The translations under genes and the position numbers were made by a program. The notes under the pieces were generated by a model, which searched no databases, was not told the DNA's origin, and saw only the letters and a list, made by a program, of their open reading frames with translations. This document shows positions 1 through 7,305 of a stretch of 26,573 nucleotides of DNA, one piece after another. Origin of the DNA: Planctomycetota bacterium. GTDB taxonomy: Bacteria > Planctomycetota > Planctomycetia > Pirellulales > Lacipirellulaceae. Location of the stretch: the NCBI GenBank assembly GCA_039190745.1, contig JBCCXZ010000057.1, forward strand, positions 1 through 26,573. The letters run 5' to 3'. Position 1 is the first letter of the stretch; each line of letters begins with the position of its first letter.

Positions 1-119
1 CAGAAGCGGCAGCCGAGATGCACGTCGCTCACGAAGAGCGACCGGACAGGCCGTGGCGTTTGGGCGTGCATGTTGGGCTCCCCGCTGGCGGAGGGGCTTT
101 CGGCCGGCGTCGGCGAGGC
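1..119. repeat. Left arm of a perfect 119-bp inverted repeat (partner 249..367)
   Basis: Base 1 onward (cagaagcggcagccgagatg...cggcgaggc) is the exact reverse complement of 249..367. The match breaks at 120/248 and the arm runs to the window edge. Confidence 0.95.
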
Positions 120-230
120 TAGCGCAAGCAACCATCGACTCGCTTGTCCTCGCTTACCGGGCTATGTCCTGGGCCCAGCGGGTCAAAGAACCGGCTGTAC
201 AGCCGTCCGAATCGCGGCCACACTAGTTGA

Positions 231-1214
231 ATGTCCCGCCCTGCGCCCGCCTCGCCGACGCCGGCCGAAAGCCCCTCCGCCAGCGGGGAGCCCAACATGC
301 ACGCCCAAACGCCACGGCCTGTCCGGTCGCTCTTCGTGAGCGACGTGCATCTCGGCTGCCGCTTCTGCCAGCCGGAGAAATTCCTCGAGTACTTCGAGTC
401 GTTTCAGCCGGAGCGAGTGTACCTGCTCGGGGATTTCCTCGACGGCCGCAAGCTCAAGTCGCAATGGCGGTGGGAGCCCGCCTACACCCAGATTATCTGC
501 AAGCTGCTCGACATGGCGGCCGACGGGGTGGAGGTCTACTACACGCCGGGCAACCATGACGCATTCCTCCGCTCCGCCCACACCCAGGCCATGCTCGGCC
601 TCACGAGCAACGGCATGCAGATCGAGGACGAGTTCGTCTTCGAGTCTCAGAGCGGTAAGCGGTTCCTGCTGATCCACGGCGACCGCTTCGATATTGTGGA
701 AGAACGCTACCGCTGGCTTTCGTACCTCGGGACGATCGTCTACGAGCCTCTGCTGGCCTTCAACTGGGTCTGGAGCAAGCTCCGCAGACGGCCTGGGAAG
801 CGGCGAAGCCCGTACTCTTTCTGCGCCAAGTTGAAGCGGCAAGCCAAGGCCGCGGTCCGTTACGTCAGCAACTTCGAGCAGCGGCTCTTCAACCACGCCC
901 GCGTGAACGGTTGCGACGGCGTGGTCTGCGGCCACATCCACAGCCCCGGCGTGACGCAGAGCGACGACTTCATCTACGTGAACACCGGCGACTGGGTCGA
1001 GAACTGCACCGCGTTGGTCGAGGAGCTTGATGGGTCGGTCTGGCTAGAATCGTTCTTCTCCGGTGTGGAACGGGTGAGCGTCCTGCCACCGACCAACACG
1101 CCCGAGCAGGGCGGCGACGCGAAGCCCGCCAGGCCTGCAGCATTGCCGGCCAGTAAGACTGCAAAGAGTGAGCCCGGCAAGAAAGCAGTCGCCGGCGTGG
1201 CAACTGCTGGCTAA
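231..1214 (+). CDS. Calcineurin-like metallophosphoesterase, UDP-2,3-diacylglucosamine diphosphatase (LpxH/YbbF)-like
   Basis: Motifs SDVHLG, LLGDFLD, PGNHD, IHGD, CGHIH and NTGDW. Alternative start ATG at 297. True substrate uncertain. Confidence 0.88.
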   Translation: MSRPAPASPTPAESPSASGEPNMHAQTPRPVRSLFVSDVHLGCRFCQPEKFLEYFESFQPERVYLLGDFLDGRKLKSQWRWEPAYTQIICKLLDMAADGVEVYYTPGNHDAFLRSAHTQAMLGLTSNGMQIEDEFVFESQSGKRFLLIHGDRFDIVEERYRWLSYLGTIVYEPLLAFNWVWSKLRRRPGKRRSPYSFCAKLKRQAKAAVRYVSNFEQRLFNHARVNGCDGVVCGHIHSPGVTQSDDFIYVNTGDWVENCTALVEELDGSVWLESFFSGVERVSVLPPTNTPEQGGDAKPARPAALPASKTAKSEPGKKAVAGVATAG

Positions 1215-1217
1215 CGA

Positions 1218-2123
1218 GTGACCAAGCCAATGCCCCCCGATGTCGAACCGGAGCCCGACGCTGAACCGCCCGGCATGCGGGAATTGAGGATCAGCTACGC
1301 CGACACCGTGACCTCGGCTTGGCGGCGTGCGGTCATCCGGCTCGTCGAACGGGTCCTGGGCATCCGCTACGTCGAACGGGCACTTGCACAGAGACGCCAG
1401 CACCTCGAAGCGGGGGTCGACGAATGGTCCACAGCACTCCGGCTGTTCAACCTCCGGTACCAGGCCGAAGGGTACCCGATCGATCGCCTCCCCAACGACC
1501 GCCCGCTGATCTTTGTCGCTAACCACCCGTTCGGGCTGCCGGACGGGATCGTCGCCTCGCACATCGCCAGTCAGGTCCGCGATCGGTTTGGGCTGCTGGC
1601 GGTCGGCATCATCAGCGAGATCCCAGAAATCGCGCCCTGGATCCTGCCGGTCGATTTCTCCGCGACCCAAGAGGCGAAGGAGGTCAACCTGAAGTCTCGG
1701 GCCGAGGCGGTGCGGCTGCTCAAGTCGGGCGGCGTCGTGGTGATCTTCCCGGCTGGCGAAGTCGCCACTGCCCCGGGCGTTTTTGGCGAAGCCGTCGAGG
1801 GCGAATGGTCTAGCTTTGTCGGACGGTTGATCCTGTGCTCAGACGCCGACGTGGCGCCCCTGCGTTTCGAGGGGCGGAACAGTTGGGCGTTCCACCTGGT
1901 GAGCAAGTTCAGCGAAACGGTCCGGCTGGCGATGCTCATCCGCGAAACGAAGCGGATGGCCGGCAAGACGATTCGGGTCACCGTGGGGCGGCCGATCCCC
2001 AACTCAGAACTGCGGGCCCTGGGGCCTCGGCAGAAGATTGTCGATTCGCTACGCGAGCGCACGCTGAGCCTCGATGCCGCCGACAACCAGTTACGCGAGC
2101 CGGCCGAGCCGCAATTGGCTTAG
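1218..2123 (+). CDS. Lysophospholipid acyltransferase (LPLAT/PlsC superfamily)
   Basis: ANHPFGLPDG catalytic block, ILPVDF and IFPAGEVA. Starts 3 bp after the upstream stop; ATG 1230 is an alternative start. Confidence 0.85.
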   Translation: MTKPMPPDVEPEPDAEPPGMRELRISYADTVTSAWRRAVIRLVERVLGIRYVERALAQRRQHLEAGVDEWSTALRLFNLRYQAEGYPIDRLPNDRPLIFVANHPFGLPDGIVASHIASQVRDRFGLLAVGIISEIPEIAPWILPVDFSATQEAKEVNLKSRAEAVRLLKSGGVVVIFPAGEVATAPGVFGEAVEGEWSSFVGRLILCSDADVAPLRFEGRNSWAFHLVSKFSETVRLAMLIRETKRMAGKTIRVTVGRPIPNSELRALGPRQKIVDSLRERTLSLDAADNQLREPAEPQLA

Positions 2124-2133
2124 GGCTTCTGGG

Positions 2134-4104
2134 CTATCTGCTCATCGCGTTGAGCCGTTGTTGTCGAGCTCCAAGTGCGAGTGCGACGCAAGAGAGAAGC
2201 AGAGAGGAAGGTTCCGGCACGGGTGTAGACGTCGCCGTGCCGCCCCACTGGGGGCTGTCCCACTCCCGCTGCAGCATGAGTAGGTCGGCGAGATCTGTGT
2301 CGCCATCGTCGTCCGAATCCCCGCCGAGGTTGTCCGAGGCGGAAGAACGCCAGATGTTCAGGTCCGCGGCGTCTGCCGATCGGTCCAGGTTGAAGTCCGC
2401 TGTCAGCTCGTAGGGCGAGTACTGCGCTTGCCAAGCGAGCAGGTCTGCCAAGTCGGTGTCCCCGTCCTCGTCGATGTCCCCGCCCGCGTCCACCCCGACC
2501 GACGCGGCCCAGACCTGTGCGTCCCCCCCGTCGACTGCGAGGTCGCCGTCCAGGTTCGCGGGGATCAGCAACGTCCCGGTCAGCTCGGGCCAGCCGGTTT
2601 GATCGTCGAGCACGGGGTAGACGACCGTGGCCGTTGGGTCGGTCAGTTCTGCGACGATCGCCGGCGCGTCGCTGTCGGGGATCGGTTCGTCGGATTGCAA
2701 CCAATTCGTTTCGAGGATCGCAAAATCGGCTGCGTCGATGACGTTGTCACCGTTGAAGTCTCCGTCTTCGAAGCCGCCGGCCTGCCCCCAGTTGCCCTGC
2801 ATCGTGAAGAAGTCTTCGAACTCAACGACCCCATCGAGGTTCGTGTCACCGGGTAACCAGGGCTTCCACCGCATCAGCGGGTCGCCCACGGCCGTATTCA
2901 CGTAAGAGAGCTGCCGCAGCGACGCCCAAGAGGCCTCTGCGAACGTGTGCCCGGAGAGCATCATGTCGTAGAAGACGTCCTCGTTGGAAACCGAAGACTG
3001 GTTCGCCCCCGGCTCGGCCACGTGTGCCAAAGCCGCCGTCCCCCCGATCTCGAGCCACTCCGCGACGAGCCCTTGGTTCTGAGGCATCGCGGGGTCGAAC
3101 GTCATGCCGTTGAAACTCTCGTAAGAGTGGAAAACAGCCCCGTCGACTAGCTCGAAGCTAAGCGCGTCCCGGATGTAGCCGGTTTCCAGCCCCCCGACGC
3201 CGTCGTTCACTCCGTGGCTGACGTAGCCGATCACCGGCCCAGGCGCGGAAGTCAGCGGGTTGTCCGTGCCGTCGTAGACTTGGCTCTGCCCCCTCGCGGG
3301 CAGAATAGCCGTCGACAGCCCCGCCATCGCAGACTCGTTGGCTGCCGCCGCGTTGGGGTCGTCGTCTATTACCACATAATGCCCCGTGGGAACCACGTAG
3401 ACGTCCTGAGACCGGTCGATCGTCGTGAGCACGTCGTCAACTTCAAACGCATCGAGCCTCGTTACAAGGCGGATCCCTTCGTTTATCGGAGCCTCGCGGT
3501 CGAACGCAACCGGGCCTGCGTAGGGGATTGGGTTCGCGAAGAAGTCGAACTCCTGGCCGAGGTAGTACGGGTTCGCAGGCAGCACACCTGGGATATTGAT
3601 CTGCCCGAGTTCCCAGAGCTGGTCGCCCATCTGCTCAAGGGTCCCGATCGCGTCGACTCTGGTAAGCTCGCTCTCAAGGCTGGAGAACCGGCTCCACTTG
3701 GGGCTGGTGTTGCCCGGCGGCTGGGGGCCCGTGTCGATGCGGAGCGGCAGGCCCTTGGTCGTTACGAACGTGTCGATCTGCTCGGAGAGGCTCTCGGAGT
3801 CGAGGTAGTCCAATAGCGGCTGACGGATATTGCCGAGGTAGAAGTCGGCGGTGACCTCCTCGCCCGCAGCCGGCAGGTTCAACCCGAGCGACCGCACCCC
3901 GGGACGGGCCGAGAGGTAGTGCTGCTCAATCGCCACACTGTCGGGGTCGTTGGCGTTGAAGATCAGCAGAGTGCTCGCCGGCTCGACGGCCAGAGTGGCT
4001 TGGCCCTTGAAGGCTAGACAGGCCCAAGCCGCAGTAACGACCAACCCCCAATTGGCTGCACGACGCGGGGCGCTACAGAGGTTCGGGGCGCATCGCTTCT
4101 GCAT
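2134..4104 (-). CDS. TIGR03790-family protein with dockerin/EF-hand-like repeats and a PEP-CTERM sorting signal
   Basis: Signal peptide; motifs LIFNANDPDS, SSLESEL, NPYY, LVTRLD, AHVAEP, TFAEA and VGDPL typical of TIGR03790; three GD-x-N/D-x-DG-x-x-D-x-x-D repeat pairs; C-terminal VPEPSSLLLSCVALALGARQQR. Confidence 0.85.
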   Translation of the reverse strand: MQKRCAPNLCSAPRRAANWGLVVTAAWACLAFKGQATLAVEPASTLLIFNANDPDSVAIEQHYLSARPGVRSLGLNLPAAGEEVTADFYLGNIRQPLLDYLDSESLSEQIDTFVTTKGLPLRIDTGPQPPGNTSPKWSRFSSLESELTRVDAIGTLEQMGDQLWELGQINIPGVLPANPYYLGQEFDFFANPIPYAGPVAFDREAPINEGIRLVTRLDAFEVDDVLTTIDRSQDVYVVPTGHYVVIDDDPNAAAANESAMAGLSTAILPARGQSQVYDGTDNPLTSAPGPVIGYVSHGVNDGVGGLETGYIRDALSFELVDGAVFHSYESFNGMTFDPAMPQNQGLVAEWLEIGGTAALAHVAEPGANQSSVSNEDVFYDMMLSGHTFAEASWASLRQLSYVNTAVGDPLMRWKPWLPGDTNLDGVVEFEDFFTMQGNWGQAGGFEDGDFNGDNVIDAADFAILETNWLQSDEPIPDSDAPAIVAELTDPTATVVYPVLDDQTGWPELTGTLLIPANLDGDLAVDGGDAQVWAASVGVDAGGDIDEDGDTDLADLLAWQAQYSPYELTADFNLDRSADAADLNIWRSSASDNLGGDSDDDGDTDLADLLMLQREWDSPQWGGTATSTPVPEPSSLLLSCVALALGARQQRLNAMSR

Positions 4105-4193
4105 GGGTTAGCAACCGCATCGGTGTGCAAGCAACTGAATCTATGAAGACGCAGAACCCACGCGGCGCTCGTAACGCGAAGCGAGCAAACTCC

Positions 4194-4919
4194 CTAAGAA
4201 ATCCGTTGACGGGAAGCCGTGGCGGCGCACGCGGCCAGTAAGCAAATCACAATCGAACTCGGCTCGGGGATGCCCGGGCTGGCGAAGTCCGCCGGCCCTG
4301 AATCCGCTTGATTGCCGTTGAACTGAGAGGCAACGGTCACCTGGTCGGGCTGGGGCCCGAAAGCGCTTGTGTAGTAGAGCACATCGGAAGTTTCACCCGA
4401 ATCTAGCAGGGCAAAATCTCCCCAATCCCATCGGACCGACGTGTCGTTAAAGGTCGAGGCACCGGTTGGTGTTGAATCCCCCGACCCGACGACTGCCTGC
4501 GGACCGCCCAGCGTGCCGAGGTTGGCTCCCAGGTCAATGCCTGCATTGAGGGCCCTAACCTGCGTTGGCGCATTGGCTGTGACCTGGAATGCGTACACGA
4601 ACTCTGATCCGCCCGAGGCGTCGGTAAAGCCCTGACCAGGAAAAGAAACGTCGAGGTAGCTCTGGAATCCACCCGGAGCAAACACAGCGAAGTCGACAAC
4701 GGAGTCGATGGCGGAATTCGGAATGATCGAGGGCGCCGCAACCAAGTTCTGCGTGCCGCGCCAAATCCCGCCGTCTGGCCCCAGCCCGTCGTTCAAGGCA
4801 TTCGCAGCAGACGAGAGCGGGCTCGCCTGGGCCGAGACGACCGAGAAGCCAAGGGCCGCGGCAAGTGCTACAAGACCCAACGAGGTTCGTAAGCGATACG
4901 GTCCGTCCAAACGCTTCAT
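4194..4919 (-). CDS. PEP-CTERM surface protein
   Basis: ATG 4919 preceded by GAGGT; signal peptide ending ..VVSAQA; C-terminal IPEPSSIVICLLAACAATASRQR. Confidence 0.85.
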   Translation of the reverse strand: MKRLDGPYRLRTSLGLVALAAALGFSVVSAQASPLSSAANALNDGLGPDGGIWRGTQNLVAAPSIIPNSAIDSVVDFAVFAPGGFQSYLDVSFPGQGFTDASGGSEFVYAFQVTANAPTQVRALNAGIDLGANLGTLGGPQAVVGSGDSTPTGASTFNDTSVRWDWGDFALLDSGETSDVLYYTSAFGPQPDQVTVASQFNGNQADSGPADFASPGIPEPSSIVICLLAACAATASRQRIS

Positions 4920-5094
4920 TGACTTGACCTCTGGTTGTCGATTCAAAGCTGTATCCACGCCTCACAGCGGCACGCCGAAGGCCAACTTGTTGCTATGCCC
5001 TAGTACGAAAACCTTCACTCTCAGATCAATCAACTGTCCTGATTCAAACTTTCAAGCCTCAGCCCGGATAGCCCCCAGGCTGAGTGCTGAGCTC

Positions 5095-5727
5095 TCACCT
5101 GCTTCTGCGGAAACCGCAAAACGCAAAAGTCAGGCAACTCAAGGCGAGCGTCGTCGGCTCGGGGATGGGGACATCGCCGGGGCCGATCACAAACGTGAAG
5201 GCCGAACCGCCCCCGTTTACGATGATGTCGACTTGGGTCGGAGTCGGGTTGGGCAGGTTCGTGCTCGTGATGACCAAACCGCTGCTGAGGCCATTGGCCG
5301 GGATGTTATTGCCCTGACCGGCAAAGCTCCAACTGGCCGAACCGCCAGCGAGAGTCGCGGAGACTGGAGAGACTTCCGCGACGGGGTTGTCGACCGTGAA
5401 GTCTCCAATGCCTGTGACAGAACTGTTGAGTCCAATCACGGTGTTGCTGGAAACAAAGTCGCCGGCGCCGTTGAGGACCTGGTAGGCGTAAGCAAGCTCA
5501 CCGCTGGGCACGTCAAAACCCGAGAAGTTGGACTCGAACACAGCCTCGGTGAAAACTGCGAATTCGATAGTGCCAACAAGTGTGCCCGCAGAGTAAGGGG
5601 CCGAACCGGAGGTGATGGCGCCGGGGAAGCTAGAGAGCGTTGCGGCTGTTACTGAGCCGGTCGAGGTGCAAGCGACCGCGAGCGCAACGAGAAAAGAAAA
5701 GGTGGAACGGATCTTGATAGACATCAC
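5095..5727 (-). CDS. PEP-CTERM surface protein, paralogue of 4194..4919
   Basis: AGAGGGG before GTG 5727/ATG 5724; signal peptide; C-terminal IPEPTTLALSCLTFAFCGFRRSR; shares FAVF and YAY/FQV blocks with the neighbour. Confidence 0.87.
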   Translation of the reverse strand: MMSIKIRSTFSFLVALAVACTSTGSVTAATLSSFPGAITSGSAPYSAGTLVGTIEFAVFTEAVFESNFSGFDVPSGELAYAYQVLNGAGDFVSSNTVIGLNSSVTGIGDFTVDNPVAEVSPVSATLAGGSASWSFAGQGNNIPANGLSSGLVITSTNLPNPTPTQVDIIVNGGGSAFTFVIGPGDVPIPEPTTLALSCLTFAFCGFRRSR

Positions 5728-5829
5728 TAGCGACCCCTCTGCGGTTGTATCTTATGAAGCTAAATCTGGGTGTCCGTAACGCGACGCAGCCGCAACAGCC
5801 CGACCCGCGGATCCGCCACAACTGGCCAG

Positions 5830-5874
5830 AACATATCACAGGTTGGAGGCCGATCAAGCATTTCCGTCGGAAAT
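5830..5874 (-). promoter_or_regulatory. Candidate sigma70-type promoter for the PEP-CTERM cluster, with adjacent palindromic operator
   Basis: Minus strand TTGATC-N16-TATGTT with TG extended -10; perfect ATTTCCG-T-CGGAAAT palindrome at 5860..5874, just upstream of the -35. Confidence 0.35.
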
Positions 5875-6042
5875 TAATGTCTGCCCATATTCGCTAGTCC
5901 GACCAGCGACTCCACGGTCTGCGGGCCCGGGAATACCGCCTCATCCATGGCGCAAATGTCATGAAAACAAAGACTTAGGCTTCATCAGCCCGCTATGCCA
6001 ACCGACAGCAGCCGCTCAATAAACCTCGATAGAAGGGCTTGG

Positions 6043-6963
6043 CTAGAAGCCCCCGTCACGGTGACGGTCGTGGCAAGAGACGCAGGCGGCCGACAGGTTT
6101 CTGAGCGCGGCTTCGGGGGAATCCCCGACCACCAAGCCGGCTCGGACATGCTCAGCCTCTTGCTCAAGCGTTCGCAGCAGGGGAGAGAACCCCGCGGGAC
6201 GTTGCTCCTTGGGCAAGCTCCGCAGCAACTCGGTCGCCAACTCCCGGAGCATGAGAGCGTCCTCGGCAAGTGAGTCTGAACCGCCGACCGGCCAGCCGGC
6301 CTCCTGTGCCGCAACCAATCTGCCGTGGTAGACATCGATCTCGGCCATTGCGGCGGCTAGCGGGCGGACCTCGGCGCTCTCAGGTAGAGGTGCCTTATGG
6401 TCGTCGATCGTCTCGTCGGACAATCGGCGGGCGAGTATCGCGGAGCGGTACAAACCTCGGTACCCGGGGTTGGTGCCGGCCGCCTGCAGACAACCCTCGA
6501 CCTCCGCCGGCTCCAAGACCCCGGCGCCCACGCAGCCGATTGCGGCCGCCACGGGGGCCCGGTGCCGTCCGTGGTGACAATGGAAGTAGACGGGCGCAGG
6601 CAGGTCGCGGACCGCCTTCGCGAACGCCCCAGCACGCTCTGAAGGTACGGCTCCATAGCCAAGCGGCAGGTGGACGTAGCGGATACCTACGGCCCGCGCC
6701 CCGGCTACGTCTGGGACCGCGCCATCGACGCTCACCACGGTGCGGACGCCCAGTGCAGCCAGTTCGTCAAATGCCATCGGCCCCGCGGGTGTGCCGCCGG
6801 TCAACACGCGGCTGTTCCAACGCCGGACATGGAGTAAGTGCGTTGCGTCGACCAAGTCAAGCCGTGGACGCGGGGCATTGGCCCGGTCGGTCGGCTGATC
6901 AGCGGATCCAGAAGTGACGCCAAGCGTCGCGAGCACGCCGCAGGCCAGGACAAGGCGGAGCAT
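6043..6963 (-). CDS. Exported protein: PTP/DUF442-like CX5R domain fused to a C-terminal cytochrome c'-like (CXXCH) domain
   Basis: Signal peptide MLRLVLACGVLATLG; GVRTVVSVD, YVHLPLGY and PVYFHCHHGRHR; helical C-terminus ending ACVSCHDRHRD. Confidence 0.8.
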   Translation of the reverse strand: MLRLVLACGVLATLGVTSGSADQPTDRANAPRPRLDLVDATHLLHVRRWNSRVLTGGTPAGPMAFDELAALGVRTVVSVDGAVPDVAGARAVGIRYVHLPLGYGAVPSERAGAFAKAVRDLPAPVYFHCHHGRHRAPVAAAIGCVGAGVLEPAEVEGCLQAAGTNPGYRGLYRSAILARRLSDETIDDHKAPLPESAEVRPLAAAMAEIDVYHGRLVAAQEAGWPVGGSDSLAEDALMLRELATELLRSLPKEQRPAGFSPLLRTLEQEAEHVRAGLVVGDSPEAALRNLSAACVSCHDRHRDGGF

Positions 6964-7069
6964 AGAATCGCGGCGGCCGAGAATCCCGCCAATCGAGGGG
7001 AGCGCTGGCAGCGGATGGGGAAAGCACCCGGTCGAGCTGCGACGCAGGGCCCTCACCCAAGGAACGAAG

Positions 7070-7140
7070 CTGGGGAACTAGGATTTGAACCTAGACTAAC
7101 GGAATCAGAATCCGTCGTGCTGCCGTTACACTATTCCCCA
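7070..7140 (-). tRNA. tRNA-Gln (anticodon CTG)
   Basis: Reverse complement TGGGGAATAGTGTAACGGCAGCACGACGGATTCTGATTCCGTTAGTCTAGGTTCAAATCCTAGTTCCCCAG folds as a cloverleaf: anticodon stem ACGGA/TCCGT, T-loop TTCAAAT. CCA is not encoded. Confidence 0.96.
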
Positions 7141-7157
7141 CCGCCTTCTCTTTCGAA

Positions 7158-7186
7158 ACCGTACGAGCGCTTTTCCGGGGCGTCAA
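7158..7186 (-). promoter_or_regulatory. Candidate sigma70 promoter of tRNA-Gln
   Basis: Minus strand TTGACG-N17-TACGGT, about 17 nt before the tRNA 5' end. Confidence 0.5.
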
Positions 7187-7220
7187 GGCAGCCCGAGACT
7201 GGGCGGCCCCCGGCGTTTGG

Positions 7221-7250
7221 TTGACGCTTGTCCGGAAGCGGGCCTAGAAT
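7221..7250 (+). promoter_or_regulatory. Candidate sigma70 promoter of the FHA-GAF-SpoIIE gene
   Basis: TTGACG-N18-TAGAAT, 55 nt upstream of ATG 7306 and back-to-back with the tRNA promoter. Confidence 0.5.
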
Positions 7251-7305
7251 CGCGGGCTTGGCGGGCCGTGCGGGCCCGGCCCAGGGCGAGCAATGGGGCT
7301 GCCGG

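Noticed and set aside
2134..7140. tRNA-Gln-anchored genomic island carrying the PEP-CTERM cluster
   Set aside because: No integrase and no duplicated tRNA 3' end (att site) seen in the window; the compositional shift alone is insufficient.
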